DNA of 64,000 nt from Eledone cirrhosa (Eukaryota): positions 224,378,001 through 224,442,000 of the forward strand of contig OZ024740.1 of assembly GCA_964016885.1 (NCBI GenBank), written 5' to 3'. The notes beneath the pieces are model-generated. The model was given only the letters and a program-made list of their open reading frames with translations. It searched no databases and was not told the origin of the DNA. Every line of letters starts with the position of its first letter. Position 1 is the first letter of the stretch. The position numbers and the translations under genes were made by a program. Below, in pieces: positions 48,325 through 63,772 of the stretch.

Positions 48325-50410
48325 TCACCACGAGAGGCTACTAAAAGAAGAGAATAAATGGGACAAAGATAGTCTGCCCCACATCGATCCAATAGAGGGA
48401 CCAGCAGTGTAAGTTGAAGGTAGTATAATAAGTAAGGCAATCAAAGATATGAAGACAGGCAAGGCAGCTGGGCCTTTGGAAATAGTTGCTGAAATGCTGA
48501 AAGCATCTGGAATGGTGGGACACACTATGGTCACCCGGAGAGTAAACCAAGTCATACAGGACGGGGTCATACCAAATGACTGGCGTAGCAGCATTTTCAT
48601 TAACTGCTACAAGGGTAAAGGAGATGCCCTAGATAGGGGTAACAATAGAGGCATTAAATTAATCGACCAGGTCATGAAGGTCACAGAAAAAGTAATAGCG
48701 CAACTAATCAGAGAGCGAATTGATCTAGATGAAATGCAGTTCGGGTTTGTGTCAGGTAAAAGTACCACAGATGCTCTTTTCATTGTACAACAACTACAGG
48801 AGAAGTACCTAGATAAAAGTAAACCCCTATACTTAGCTTTTGTTGACTTGGAGAAAGCATTTGACAGAGTCCTCTGCTCCATTATCTGGTGGGCTCTTAG
48901 AAAACTAGGTGTTGATGAATGGCATGTGAGAGCTACACAAGCCATGTATAGAGAAACAGTCAGCAAGGTTAGAATTAACAACGAATATAGTGAAGAGTTT
49001 AGCGTAAAGGTTGGTGTTCATCAGGGCTCCATCCTTAGCCCCTTCCTATTTATTATTGCCCTTCAGGCTATAACAGAAGAGTTCAAGACCGGCTGCCCAT
49101 GGGAACTTTTCTATGCAGATGATCTAACGCTCATAGCTGAATCAATGGCTCAACTAGAGGAGAAATTCCAAACATGGAAGCATGGCCTAGAATCAAAAGG
49201 CCTTAAAGTTAACTTGTCTAAGACTAAAGTTCTAGTATATAGGAAGGAAAATATGCCACAGGTCTCCTCTAGGAAATAGCCATGCTCAGAGTGTAGGAAA
49301 GGAGTAGGCAGAAATTTCACTTTATGTCCCAAATGCAAAGTATGGGTGCATAAAAGATGTAGTGGGATCACAGGTAAGCTATCTAAGAACGTAGATTTTA
49401 TATGTGGCCGGTGCTCAGGTGCAATAAGTAGCAAGCACCCACAGGATACTAGATCCTTCTATTGCCCAGATGGTTCTATAGAAATAGTGGACACCTTCCA
49501 TTACCTGGGTGACAAAGTGAGTAGTGTGGAGGGAGCTCAGAAAGTACAGAAGCCAGAGTCAGAATGGGATGGAAAAAGTTCAGAGAGCTTATACCACTGT
49601 TGGCCGCTAAAGGTTTCTCTCTAAAAATGAAAGGCAGACTGTATGATGCCTGCATACGAACAGCTATGTTACATGGGCATTATGTGCAGATGATCTGTGC
49701 AGACTGGAGAGGAATGAAGCATGCATGCTCCGTTGGATGTGTAATAGTCATATATGTGAACAGCAAAGCATAAATGAACTAAGTGAGAAATTAAGTATAA
49801 GAGGGATCAGATGCTGTTTACTCGAGAGAAGACTACGTTGGTATGGTCACGTGATGTGCATGAAATACGACACCTGTATAAAAATTGCAGGGTGATCAAA
49901 ATTGATGGGACGATTTCATAAATTCCGACCTTACACACTTACACCTCTCTAAGACAATGTCACTGGACCAAAATCTTTGGCGTTATGCAGTAATACAGAA
50001 GACCCGCCTTGCCTACAAAGCGAAACCTACAGTCAGTAAGCACCTCTTAATCAAATATACACCCCCACTACAACCCCAACCCCTCACCCCACCCCATCAG
50101 CATCAGCCCTTTCTCTGTAAAGTTATGTTGGTACCACAACATGCAGTCCTAAATAAATGAGGTTGTGTAGGTGTCACAACAAAAAAACAGACAGTCCACG
50201 CTGTAATGTGGCCGTCTAGGTAACACGGTAAAAACCTCTCAGTCCACACTGTAAATGTGGTTGCTGTTAGGAACGGCATCCAGCTGTAGAAAACCTGCCA
50301 GACAGTCCTATACAAGCGAGAACCAATATTGCCTCAAGTGGGACAATTCCCGTCTAAACCCATGCTAGCATGGAAGATAGACGTTAAATGATGATGATTA
50401 TGATGATGAT
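48325..50410 (+). mobile_element. Decayed 5'-truncated RTE LINE (RT ORF 48449-49279)
   Basis: KAAGP, YKGKGDALD, QFGFV, FVDLEKAFDRV, GVHQGSILSP, LFYADDL; same family as 13795-15108; (GAT)n tail at ~50388-50410. Confidence 0.92.
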
Positions 50411-53400
50411 AAGACATACATATAATCATATATATGTCATTATTCTGTCTGGATTTGTGACCAACAGATAGTATTAGCAATTGGAAAGACCAATGGAAAC
50501 CTTGTTTCCTCGATCAAATTTGATGAGCTCCACCCCACTCGTTAAGCAAATGAGGTATGGAAGCTTGTCGATCGATTCTAAATATATATGATGACTGTCT
50601 ACATGATTTTGACAACCTCTGATTTCAGTCAGCAATTTTTATGACTTAGAAACCTTTTAGAAATAATATATAACCAAAAAGAAATGTTGTCTTCTTTGCA
50701 TAGTTTAGCTTGCCTGTGTTGGAAAAGAGTTTGAGATAGATTTTCTGTAGTTGGATGTCCATTCTGAATGAATTCTATACTTTGCTGTAAGATTGATATA
50801 TATATATCGCTGAGTTTTATCCAACACCTGCACAGGAGAAATATTGTTTATGGGTGACATACACAAATATCACATGTTGAATTTTAATGGTGCTGCTATG
50901 AAATTGATGACTGACTCCTCTCCTATGACATACATACGCACACACATGATAAAACCTCCCAGTACTTGCTGTAAAATGGTTATGTTTATGAAGGGCATCC
51001 AGCCATAGAAAGCTTGCCAAACCAAAGGATATATAATATCCCTATTTTTCAATCTCTTTTCTTTCAATATTTCTGCTTTGGCTAAGCAGTTGTGCATTTG
51101 TTTCCTTCTTTTCAGTTGACACACTTTGGTGTGTACCATTTTACTTTCTATCTCTTTTCTTTTGTATTTACTTGTGTAATTCACCAGTATACTTGCCCTG
51201 TTTTTGTTTCTATCTCTTTGTCATGTCTTAATGTGCTCTGGATTGAATAGTATCAACCTTAAAGCTTTAAAATTATAGTGATATCCAAGGGTTGATTTGA
51301 GGAAATGAGACTCTCCATTTTGCCATTGTCTTTGTCCTCTATATAAAAAGGGCTTCCTTACATTTTCCTTCTATCAAATCCGTTCCCAAGGCCCATTATA
51401 GCAATGATTATTTAGGGGGTATTCACATATATCAGTAGTGTATATATATATATGTGTGTGCATTTATGAGAAATAGAGGAGGGGAGAAAAAGCAAGAAAG
51501 GGTGATTTTTGTTGTAAGATAGAGAAATTGGTAGTAGCATAGATTAATGACATTGTTCTCCTCATCCTATTATTTTCTTAAGGAACCTGGCAACTAATGT
51601 ACATTTAATAACATTAATAACATTATGCATTATATATAGGTCTGATAATATATCTCATTTGTAAGATAATATTAGGAGCTCATGTCCAGTAACATGAATA
51701 CAAGGCATTTCGATGGAATCTAGTCTGTTCAATTACCAGCCAGATTCAAATCTATATGATCATGTAGTACACAAGCACAGCACCATAGTCAGAAACACAT
51801 AAATACATACACATAATATGTACTACTATGATAGAATACAGATATAGATATAGAATATAGATATAGATATTTCCTTATGTATTCTGCTAGCGTATCTTAC
51901 CTTCTCAAGTCCAATATATTAATGGCCTATATTTCTGGTTTCAACTTTCAATTTTGTACAATGTGTATGTATATAAATATATATATGTATATTTTGGCAC
52001 CAAAGTGGCAGTGTCATTAGAACGTCAGATAGAATGCTTTGTGGTATATGTTTCAGCTCTCTGCTCTTTGAGTTCGGATCCTGCCAACGTCAACTTTGGC
52101 TTTAATCCTTTTGAGGTCGATAAACAGAGTACTAGTCAAGTACTGGGATTGATTCCTCCTCTATATCTCTTTCTCACTCCCTCTCTCTCAATTTCTCTCC
52201 TTCTCTGCTGTAATCAAGCTTACAATGTCTGAGTATGTCAGTACAGCAACCCTATGATCCCTCAGGAGAAGCAAGAACATACCATACCATATATATATAT
52301 ATGGTATGGTTCCAATGATATTTTAGTATATTCCCCCATCTAGAAGTTCGTTCTGCAACACACTGCTTTTTATTAAGGTTATATCCACAAATCAGAAGTT
52401 ATGTTACATCATTACAGTAGTCTGAATTCTTTGGCAAGGTGTAGGCATGATATTTGTAAATTTCATACTTTTTTTTAGATTGAATTATTCAATGTATTTT
52501 TAGTTATATTCAAGTAGACATCTAGTACTGGGAACTGTATTTTGAAGAGTGGGTCAAATTTCAAAAAGTTAGAACAATCAATGTTAAATGGTGATCAATG
52601 GAAGACAAATTAACACGACTTGTGGAATTAATAGGTCTATGCATTATGATCATAACAAGAATGTGTGTGTTAAAGCTAGACTTATTGTTTTATGTCTATT
52701 TACCCATCGTTGCATGGGTTGGACAAAATCCAAAGTGTACCGTGGTTTTTATGAAACATTATGCAACTAGCAGGGATAACCCACAGTTGTTACTGGTACT
52801 CATGTTCAGCCATGTAAACTAGAACAACACAAAATGAAATGCCTCTTCAAGGATGTGTGTGACATTGTCCGAGAATCATGAGCCTAACAGTCAAACCACT
52901 AAGCCATATACATTTAGGATTTTAGACATAGATAAAAAAGTAAAAGATATTGTTTACTGTGATAATACTAACAAGAAACTAAATGAAATCACAATTATGA
53001 CGATTTACTAGGCCTTATTGCCAATGATACACTCATAGAAATTTAAACCCTTTTCCAAAAATTGAAAACAGCAATACTTTTTTTTCAAAGCAATCTGTTT
53101 TCTTCTGTAAGGTCATATAAAAGCATATTAATAACTGAGCAATACATTTGCATTCTTTTATATATTGAACTTAAATTAGAAATCTATGTCAGAGAGTATA
53201 TTAACTTGTTTTTCAATATTCTGAAGATTTCAATGGCAGATTGCCGGAAAAGCTTCTGAAATTCAGTGGGATTCTACAACACTATCTTTCTCCTTGTATT
53301 ACTTTAAGATAAGATTTTGTAGAACTTCAGTTTAACTCTCTGATAATGGACAACAACTTGATGAAATCTATAACAGATTTATTTTGCATTTATGCTTACA

Positions 53401-56400
53401 AACTGCAATGATGAAAGCCATTTTCAAAGCTTTAAAAGATAAGTTTTACAGAGAAGCATTAAAGGTGAAGTAAATCGAACAGCTTTGTTGTAATGAACGC
53501 TGAACATTGACTTGAATGGAATAAAGATATTCAGTATCATAAGAAAGTTTACTTAAAATTAAAATAAATAAATAAGTAAATAAATGAATAAAAGAACTGT
53601 ATTACAGATATCAAGTATAAGGTAATTCAATTCTTTGCCTTGATCTCTCAATTTCTGCTGAAGTTGTAGGAGCACAGTGTATTTTGGGCATTTTAAATCT
53701 GGTGGAGCCCATCCTTCACCCAATCTGAATATAGCTGAATTTTCTCACAGAGAATCACTAAGAAGGTGAGAAGAAAAAAAGTGGAGAAAATGAACCCTGG
53801 TAGTGGACTGACACTAGATTTATCGAACCTGAAACAATGAAAGAAAAAGTTGATCACAGCAGGATTTGAACACAGTAAAAGGAGTACTGCAAAGCAGATT
53901 TTCATAAATTCTAACAATGCTGCCAACTTGTTGCCTATCATATTTCTAATGAAATATGCTACCTAAGTGTTTCAAATAATTTTGAAAATGATTAAACTTT
54001 CTCAGTAAGCATAACTTAACAAATGTTCTGCATAAAATTATGATGGCAGGCTTTTTATATAATTATAAACTCTTTAAGATAAACAGTTTTGTATCACAGA
54101 ATCAAGGACAATTTTATGTTGTTTGGTATTAAACATGTTAATAATCATATGCATTTATTTTAGCAGGTAAACTTCAATGTAGGATCGATATTTCAATAAT
54201 GAACAACTGCATCAAAAGCAATATAAATTATTTCTTGATATTCTTATTCAAATGGTATTTAAAAAAATGCTAAGAAAAATGTGTAAAGGTACAAAAGGTG
54301 TGGGGAATGCTCAATATCATATAGTTTTCCTTTTTATAATATTTATCTAAAACAGCTTGCAGTAAATTATTTCTATCAAGAGACTACCTCTAAATATTAT
54401 CTGTACATTAACGAAATGTTGACTTTAGAAAACTTTTATGCAAAGGCTTTGAAATACTATTTGCATTTATGGTTCAAAGGGAGTTTTAGGGGCACCATAT
54501 TGACATATGGGGTTTCTATTGCATTTTTGAATCTGACAGAGCCCATCTCCTCTGCAGGTCTGAATACAGCAGATTTCTCCTAGAGAAGGATAGAAATTGA
54601 GAGAATGGATGTGAGAAAGGGATATAGAAGAATAATCAACCTCAGTACTTAACTGGTAGGTTTTTTATCGACCTTGAATGTATAAAAGGCAAAAATGACC
54701 TTAGCTGGATCTGAACTCAGAGAGCAGAGAGCTAAATGATTCACTTCGAAACCTGAAATGCTATTTACTATACACAAATATACACATCTCTATATCAGAT
54801 TAATGTGCCCTACTGCCTGCCTTCTTATAAGGAGGAAAAAGAGAACCATTAACTTGATATGGGTTGAGTAATAGTAGTAGTAGTTGTAGTAGCTGCAACA
54901 GTAGTAGTATCTTCACCTGGTCGTAGACATGGCTAAAGGCTTAAAAATTCACTTTGCAGTTATGAAGTCCCAGGATCAATCCCAATGTGTGGTACCTTGG
55001 GCCTGTGTCATTACCTGAGCCTCCAGTCTGCCCACCCATGTAAGTGAAATTCAGTTGTCAGAAAACTGTGTAAACACACATTGATTGGATTGTACCTGTC
55101 ATTCCAAAGACTGGCATTATTAGATATTGTGTCATGCTGATTCTGCTTGAGAATTGCATATGGCTGTGGAATACTCAACCACTTACATGTTAATTCATGA
55201 GTTACCCAGTTCATTGAATAACTGAATTTTCATCGTCGAAACCGATGGAGGATCCATTTCATCCCCATCAACGTCATCATTATCATCATCATCATCAGTA
55301 TCTCCAATCTTATCTTTGCAGATATATGATGTTCTTTTATTTATATTTAATTTTTATATAATAATTTTTCTTTAGATTAACAAAAAAATACACCATTAAT
55401 TTTGGCAGGAATTTTTTGTTGTTCTTTGTTTTTATTGTTATTGTTTATCATTTGTTTTTTTTTATTTTCTAAATATTCTAATTCTGTTGATACTGTTGAA
55501 CATTTAGTGTTGATAAGGCTGTGTATTTATTTTATCACTGATCTTGATAAATCTACTAAAAAATGTAAAGGGCTTTAGCAAAATTTAATTAAAACCATAC
55601 ACATTTGAATAAATTTGCATATTTTCGTGAGTAAACTAATTTAATATTCATGATAATATTCTCTTTCATTTTAAATTTTATTATAATCTATTATTAACTT
55701 ATTAATCACTTCATTTTATCTCGCTGTCATTTAGTACACGAGAGCCTTTTGGATAGTAATCAGCACTATCCATATAAATGTATACTAAAAAATTCAGCCT
55801 CTGACTTATTTATGTAATAACTATGCAAGGCAGATTGCACTGACTTTCACACTTTATATATCATATTTCTAATGGAAACATTGCCTGTGCTTTTAAAATC
55901 ATTTTGAAAATTATAAAATATTTGGAAGTATTTAATAATATTATTAACTTTCTTAGTATTAAACTTAACATAGGTTCTTAATTAAATTATTATAGAAGCT
56001 TTGTAAATACATATATAAACACTTGAAAAGAAAGGTTTATGAATCGTAGAACTAGAAGTAGCTACAGGCTATTTTATATCAAAAGAGCTAAAGAATTCAG
56101 CCACTAACTTATTTATATAATCATTATGCAAGTTGGATCATACTAACTGTAACCATGCTTTCAGCAGCAATATTTTGCAATTTTACTTCACTTTGAAAGG
56201 TGTCATGAGATTAGTTGTAAACAGCAATTCACTTTGCTTAAGATTAGTCAAATTCTGAATGCCTGCATTGTTGATGATTCCGTTATTGTGAATTTTTTAT
56301 CTACTATTAAGAGCATGTGCCATTAACTGATTTATGGAAGTTTTCTAATAACCAGGTTGATTTAGTTTATCTACAAGTTCTAAACCATATATGAGTTTAG

Positions 56401-56774
56401 AATTTCTGTATAAACCAGAATTATTTATGTCATTAAATACATTTACTTACAGCACATTCTTAAGATATTTTTAACGTGAAATTTATGTTCCTTTATCTTC
56501 TAATGAAGGACTAGTACCCAAAATGTTAAAATTCTTTTCCTATTATATCAAGCTTTAAACTAATATAGTTCGTCATTCTACTGTATTGTTTGCTTTGTTG
56601 TTTCCATTTAATTTTCTCATACATACACTACACACACACACACACACGAACATATTTTTTCTGCAACATAAGGGACAAAGATACAAGTTGTGTCCCTTAT
56701 TTTAACATAAACATAAGCAACAGTAACATTACAAATGAAAAGTCAGTAAATTAAACATGAAAAAACGTTCAATA

Positions 56775-57100
56775 CATTTATGCTTTGTGGTTCTCGCATA
56801 TTACTATTACACATCCATCAGAGCATGCAGGCTTCATTTCTTTTCAATCTACACAGGTCTTCTACACACAGCATCCAAGTCTCACAAACATGCAACATAG
56901 CTGCACGTATGCACGCATCATACAATCTGCCTTTCATTCTGAGGAGGATGCCTTTTGTAGCCAGCAATGGTAGTCACTCCCTGAACTTCCTCCATCCCGT
57001 TCTTACTCTGGCTACTGTACTTTCAGAACACCCAGCACCGCTGCAAATTTGGTCACCTAAGTAGCAGAAGCTATCAACTGTTTCTACAGAGCCCTCTATC
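56775..57100 (-). mobile_element. RTE ORF2 fragment
   Basis: Homologous to 14440-14760 (VDSFCYLG, RVRTGWRKFRE, GRLYDAC). Confidence 0.8.
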
Positions 57101-57584
57101 ACCATTTGAAGTCTATTTTTCCATAGGTGTATGGGTTAGATAGGTCATCCATGCTATGAAACAAGTCTGGTCAGTTGGATACACCATACCTTGCTCAAAT
57201 GGAACTGTATTTTGGCTTGATCTTTTTACAGCTGGATACCATTCCTAACACCAACCACATTTACAGTGTGGAACTGAGTGGGACCATTATGAGATAGGTT
57301 TGACCAGTTAACCATGCTGTACCTTGCTCATATATATATATATATAATTTGATTAATAGGTTTATTTTGACATATATATTTGCTTATTTTAATTTTATTG
57401 TTGTTTAGCCATATATCAAGGACTGATTGGTGCACAACTATGTATTCAAATATTTTTTTTCTTAGTCTGTTTATCATCATCGTAATAAGGGTGGTGGTTT
57501 GGCAAAATCATTAGAGCATCAAACACAACTCTTCACTGTATTTAAATTAGAATCTTGCTGAGGTTAACTTTGCCATTCTTCTTT

Positions 57585-58250
57585 CATCATCATCATCATC
57601 ATCATTTTATGTCCCCTTTTCCCTGCTTACAAGGTTGGGAAGGGTCCTATTCAGCACAGCATCTCTCCCCTTGTCACGGCCCTTCGTCTTCTCCTCCGTG
57701 AGCTTCAGCAATCTGAGGTCCCCTCTCACCACCTCCACCCATGTTTTTCAGGGTCTTCCTCTACTGCATCTTCCTCCATGTACATCACATGTCCACACCA
57801 TCACAGTCTTCTCTCCCGCACATTACAACTTATCCCTCTTATACACAGTTTCTCTCTCAACTCATCGATGCTGGGCCGTTCACATACATTGACATTACAC
57901 ATCTAACAGAGCATGCTTGCTTCATTTCTCTCCAGCCATCGCATGTGCTCTGCAGTTGCTGCCCATGTCTTAATACCATGCAGCATCGCACATCTCACAG
58001 AGGCATCATATAGCCGGCCTTTCGTACACAGGGAGAAAACATTCTTTGTCAGCAAAGGAAGCAGCTCCCTAAACGTCTTCCAACCCATCCTTATTCTAGA
58101 TACTATGGCCTCAGAACACCCCCTTCCCATGCTAATCTGATCACCTAGGTACCGGAAGCTATCAACCACTTCTATAAAACCTACCATCATTTGAAAAATG
58201 TGTCTATCACTGCGACTGCTAAAGTCAAATTTCGCTGTACATCTACTGCA
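57585..58250 (-). mobile_element. RTE LINE 3' fragment (related subfamily)
   Basis: ORF 57903-58190 has [12 protein letters not shown]...GRLYDASVRCAMLHG...ERNEASML; (GAT)n tail at ~57585-57605. Confidence 0.8.
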
Positions 58251-60244
58251 TACGTTTAATAAAGGACCAGTTATGTATTGAGATTGATTTCATTCAGTTA
58301 CCCCTCCTCAAAATTGCTGGCCTTGAGTCCAAATAAGAAGATATTCTTATATTCAAGATACTGATAAATTGTTAAGTTAGAGTACTGGTGTTTTGCGATA
58401 TTACATTTTCAAAACTTTCTTCGTTTTGAAAAGAAATAATCGTAAACATAAAAATACTGTTTGTACTCATTTCTGAATATCATAATGTTGTCTCCAAGGG
58501 TAGAATTATATGTTTACTTCTATGTGCATGAACAATTTAAGAGTATCTGTTAGTGTGTTATACAGATATGTGTATACATATGTCAATTGATGGTTTATGT
58601 GTGGCTGTTTACAATTCATGACTATTAGTTTCAGTTACACATCCAGCTTAACACTGTTGTTACAAAAGTTTTAAATTTTCATCGTAGGAGCAATGAAACA
58701 TTACACTAGGCAGACAACTCTTTAGTGTCTGGGTATAATCAGAATTGTTATTTTCATAAAAAAAGTTCCCTAGATATTATGAAATTTCCGGATATTCATT
58801 TAAAATGTTTGTGATTTTAGCACATTTAAGTAAATGGAGCTTATGCCAACAATATATGAGTAAATTGGATATTTTTCCAATTTAGTTTATTGAAAGAAGT
58901 AAAAGAAATATTTTATACAAAAAGTTAGACTTTTTTAATATGAAACAATTTATCTTTCTAGAGTACAATTATCTTATTTTACAGAATTCATCTACACATT
59001 TATTTTTATATTTCATCACTCACTGGTCACATATTCTCACATATTTGAAATTATTTGATTTAAGTATATTTTTTCCAATGGGATTACACTGCAAATATAG
59101 AATCATGTTTTATTTGTTGAAATCTCTCTAAAGGTTCCAACTCTCAATATGTTTTGTCATTGAGAAATCTACATTTTACTGTATAATTTTTACTTTTGCA
59201 ACAAAGCATTTTGAGAATAAAGCTGTATTAAATTGCTTTAATGCATTGAAACTATTTCTTTGGGTATCACAAAAGTGACGTTCTTGTGATTTGGTTAGGC
59301 TGAGAATAATTTGATAGCTGTTTATATATCCAATAAACATATATTGTAAAGTTATTGCACACTATACAATATATTGGGTACAATAATTCTGTGTGCCTTG
59401 TGTTTGACAATGGAACCATAGTATGATATAGAGTGTACAACTCAAACGGAAACATAATTCATCATTTTGTTAGGTAACAAATCTGATAATGACAGTTGCA
59501 ATAAGATGATGGCAGAAATCTAATTTCCATGTATGCAAGAGAAAATTACTAAAATATAGTTTATTTCTGGCTTTAACGTTATAAGTAATAATGTAGATAT
59601 GTTTCTAAAGTAATCCGAAAGATTTCCAAGATGAGCATATTCCCATATGTTTACAATAGAATTATTAAACCTATTTCAGAACTATGGGAGAAAATTTTGA
59701 AGAGTGTTTGACATAACCCTAAGCATAATATGAAGGATGATTTTCAGATATGATATAAAATCATTTACATTTGATGTGTTATTCCATACAGGCCCATCTA
59801 AAACCATTGACCACTAACTGTGATATTCATGGGAGATAAAACAGGAAGTACAAAAAAGTAACAGCCATGGATTCTTTGAATTTCCTTTCCCCAACAAATT
59901 ATCACCTTAACTTACCTCTAAGTAAACATTTACAAGAAATGATATGACACAATCTGATGGACTTCCTTCTCTCTAGAAATATCAATAGATTTGTTCAAAG
60001 CTTATCTAAAACTAACCACACCTGTTATTTTTATTATGGATATCAATCTCTCATCCTCTATCATGACTATAACACCTCATTCCACATTATATAAACCACA
60101 TGATCATAACATTTGCAATATGATACTCCAGAAAATGATATGGAGTATCTTGTATGATGGCTCAGTAGATTGCCTGAAAACATAATAACCTTCAAAGGTA
60201 ATTTGTGTACATTCTCTACAACATATTTTTCTGCCTGTCTGTCT

Positions 60245-60326
<82 letters not shown>

Positions 60327-60329
60327 CCC

Positions 60330-60406
<77 letters not shown>

Positions 60407-62328
60407 CTATCTACCTATCTATCTCTATATCTGAGAGATAACTTAAACACAAATATGCAAATGTACAGGTAGTCCTGCATTTGCTAAGCTAATTTGAGCA
60501 CACTTCTAACCAAAGATCTTATCTGCTTCAAATTCTTGTATCTCTTACAAAGCATGCTTATACAGGGGAACGTTCTACAGACCAGGTTGTCAAACTTTCT
60601 TTCCATTATTTCTTTGATATTTCCATACTGTATTTCCATTGATTAAAGAACATAAATATGAACAAATTCTGAAGAAGTCTTGCATTGGGATTATAATAGG
60701 AATATATATTTCATTATTTACTAAATAATTTGATAAACAGGGATGAAGGGAAGGCATATCGAAATAATTGAAAAGTTCATTGGTAAACATGAAAGCTAGG
60801 TTCGGTCTCATCTATTAGCATTTTGGGCAAGATGTAAATGGAAACTGTGTAGAAACTTGTTAAACAGATTGTACTTCTAATTCAAAGTTCTAAACTGTCC
60901 ACATATCATATCATGTTGATTCAGTTTTGAAATGATATTCATGGTACATGAGTCTGTGGAATACTCAACAATTTACATATTAATTTACCAGATGTATGTC
61001 CAGTGGACTGAATAACTGAATGCTCACCATCAAAATCAAAAGAAGTCCTGCACTATTTGATAAAAGCTTCACTTTTTACTATGTTTTTAACTAATTTTTA
61101 GGTCATTGAGAAATATTGTTTTCTCTTGAATAATTACCATTGATTAAATCTGTGGAATTCAAATTGTAGTTAATGTCATTGTATTCCTGTTATCATTGTA
61201 GAATAATATATACAGCCTGTCATTCCGCTGATCGAAATTGCAGTATTTCCAAAACCTTTTTATTCATTTTAATGTCAATCTAATTCTTGATAAGATCTAA
61301 AAGATATCAGTTCTTAGATATATGTGTATCAGACAATACATATATGTGTATCAGACATTTCATTGTTTTCTGGATATTTTAATATATACCAATCAGTATC
61401 AGTATTACAATTAAAGGAACATTAACCACACTTCCTTCAATCTACTAAGCTTCAACATTAAGACAGGGCTCCTACAATATTGCTGAACTTGCTAGAAATA
61501 GCAGCAAAATCTTCCTCAAATAACATATAATTTAAAAAAAAAAAAATGAATCCTAAATGTGCAATGTAATGGATGTAATGTCATTGCTGTAATATCTTAC
61601 ATCTAGGCTCTGTTTAATCAGAGCTAATATAAGGCTAAACAATATTAATCCTCTAATGGTGTATAGAAAATTTTAATGTGAAAAGAGAATTCCAGTGTTG
61701 CCTCTTGGTACACATTTGTATGGCAACTAAGTGCAAATGTTTTCAAGTCAAAATAATCAGCCAACGACGCTATCAATAGATTAAAATCTGTGATCAGAAT
61801 TGGTGATGATCATGGCACAGAAAGATAATGGTTATGATTATGTTTTTGCTTTCATCTACTAAACTACCACTACGATTTCTTTTTTTATCTTTTTATCATT
61901 TATGGAATGAAAATGCTTTGCATTGTAACTTTCATTCACTTTTTACTAACAGAATGTATCAGAGAAATATTGAGTAAAAGAGTATTAACACTTTTCTGAT
62001 CATGTTTGTAATGAAAATACTGCCAACGGTTTTTAAATAATTGTGAAAATAGGACAGATTTTACAGGCAAAACCAACCAGCAGGAGAACCTGGTGTAGGT
62101 CACTGGGCTGATCTCGCTTGGGATGGTTGCTTCTGACAGGACCCACTGGAAGGAGTGTTTGAGGACTCTGACCCCATGACACTCTCAGGAAGAAGAAGAA
62201 GAAGAAGAAGAAGAAGAAGAAGAAGAAATACAAGATTTACAGGAACAACCAGTAGGCTGTGAAATATTAAAACAAGAAGAACAACTACAACAATAATTCA
62301 GAGAGGAAGACAGTAGCAATAATAATAA

Positions 62329-62546
62329 TTATTTCTACTATAGGTAGAAGGCCAGCAATTTGAAGGGGGGGGGGGGTGTGATTAAATTGACATTAGTGTG
62401 TTACTGGTATTTTATTTTATCAACACCGTCAGGATAAAAGGCGAAGCTAACCTCAGCAGGATTTGAAATCAGACCGTAAAAGGAGGCAACTCTATGCTGC
62501 AAAGCATGGTGTCCAATGCTCTACCAATATTGCCAATCCACCACCC
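62329..62546 (-). mobile_element. SINE family A
   Basis: Homologous to 43150-43362. Confidence 0.75.
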
Positions 62547-63179
62547 TGAATAATAATGATAATAGTAATGAGGGAGAAGAAGATGAAGATGATGATGATG
62601 ATGAATTTAAGTAGATTTAATAAAACAATGTTTTCATTGTTATTTGGAACATAAATTAACAAAAATTCTTACATCAAATTATGATGGATAGATGATCGAT
62701 AAATACACACCCTTTAAATCAAACAGTTTTGTATCATAGAACCAGGAGTATTTTGGGGTAGTTTGGTATAAAAAAGTTAGCATAGATACAAATGCCTATA
62801 TACATGCAAACATACATATTTTTAATTAATTGAATTTTTATATCAATGCAATATATATTAATGTGTTTGCATACATAAACATATACAAGCAAGGATTTAT
62901 ACATGCGAGCATATGTATATATTTACATATACCTTTATTTTCACATTAATATGAATATATTTCAATTTCATATTCACATAAATGATTAATGTTAACATTT
63001 TTTGGCATGCACATTTACATAAAATAGCCACTATGTTTTTAGATTACATCGAATAAAAGGGCTGAGAGGATCCTACAATCATGTCATGGTGCAACACATA
63101 TTTTGTATTTGTGCTCTATACAGTAAATGCAACCTGTACATTGTGTAAAATGGTTGGCTATAAGAAGGGCATACAAACA

Positions 63180-63542
63180 TATAAAACTTGCCATATAAAG
63201 GGTTGGGTGGACACTTCAGTCATGTCAAGGACCTAATACCCTCACTAGTGCTGGTGATCTACACGATAAACACAGCCAGTAAATACTGTATAATGGTTTG
63301 TGATAGGAAAGGCATCCAGCTGTAGAAAGTTGCCAAACAAAGGGTTGGTAGGACTCAAAGACATGACAGCCTCTCTTGTGATGGTGCACTCTGTAGAATG
63401 TGAGACTATATATAAGCAAGATGCAGACTGTTGGCTTGTCTGGGAGGTTAGTAATCTTGCTTCAGTATTGACATGGTCTATGAAGACCTGTCCGACCATA
63501 GCTAGCGAGGAAAGCAGATGTTAAATGACGATAGTGATGATA
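63180..63542 (+). mobile_element. RTE-type 3' UTR relic
   Basis: GGAAAGGCATCCAGCTGTAGAAA motif and GCTAGCGAGGAAAGCAGATGTTAAATGACGAT tail. Confidence 0.6.
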
Positions 63543-63709
63543 TTTTACAAAAACAAAACAAAAGCACCACTTAATTTCCTAGTTTAAATTTCTGAATGAG
63601 CTACAACACTTTCAGCAATTTTCTATCTTTTTGTCTCACACTTTTATGCTGACCAATACATTAGAGTTGATCGACAATTAATGCAGCTTCTTTTGTTATT
63701 TAAGACATT

Positions 63710-63772
63710 TCAGATGAAATCCAGTTGGCACTTCTCCAAGATTGACTTTGCTGAATTATACCCATCATGTAC
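63710..63772 (-). other. Possible terminal coding exon of a host gene lying to the right of the window
   Basis: Strong acceptor TTTTTTTGGTTTTGCCAG| followed by VHDGYNSAKSILEKCQLDFI*; no homology recognised. Confidence 0.2.

Noticed and set aside
52281-52310. Perfect 30-bp palindrome ACCATACCAT(AT)5ATGGTATGGT
   Set aside because: Short and centred on (AT)n; likely a repair or assembly fold-back with no further structure.
56500-56530. CTAATGA-AGG...CCC-AAAA-TGTTA hammerhead-like relic
   Set aside because: Both essential core Gs are mutated, so it is noted only as a decayed copy.
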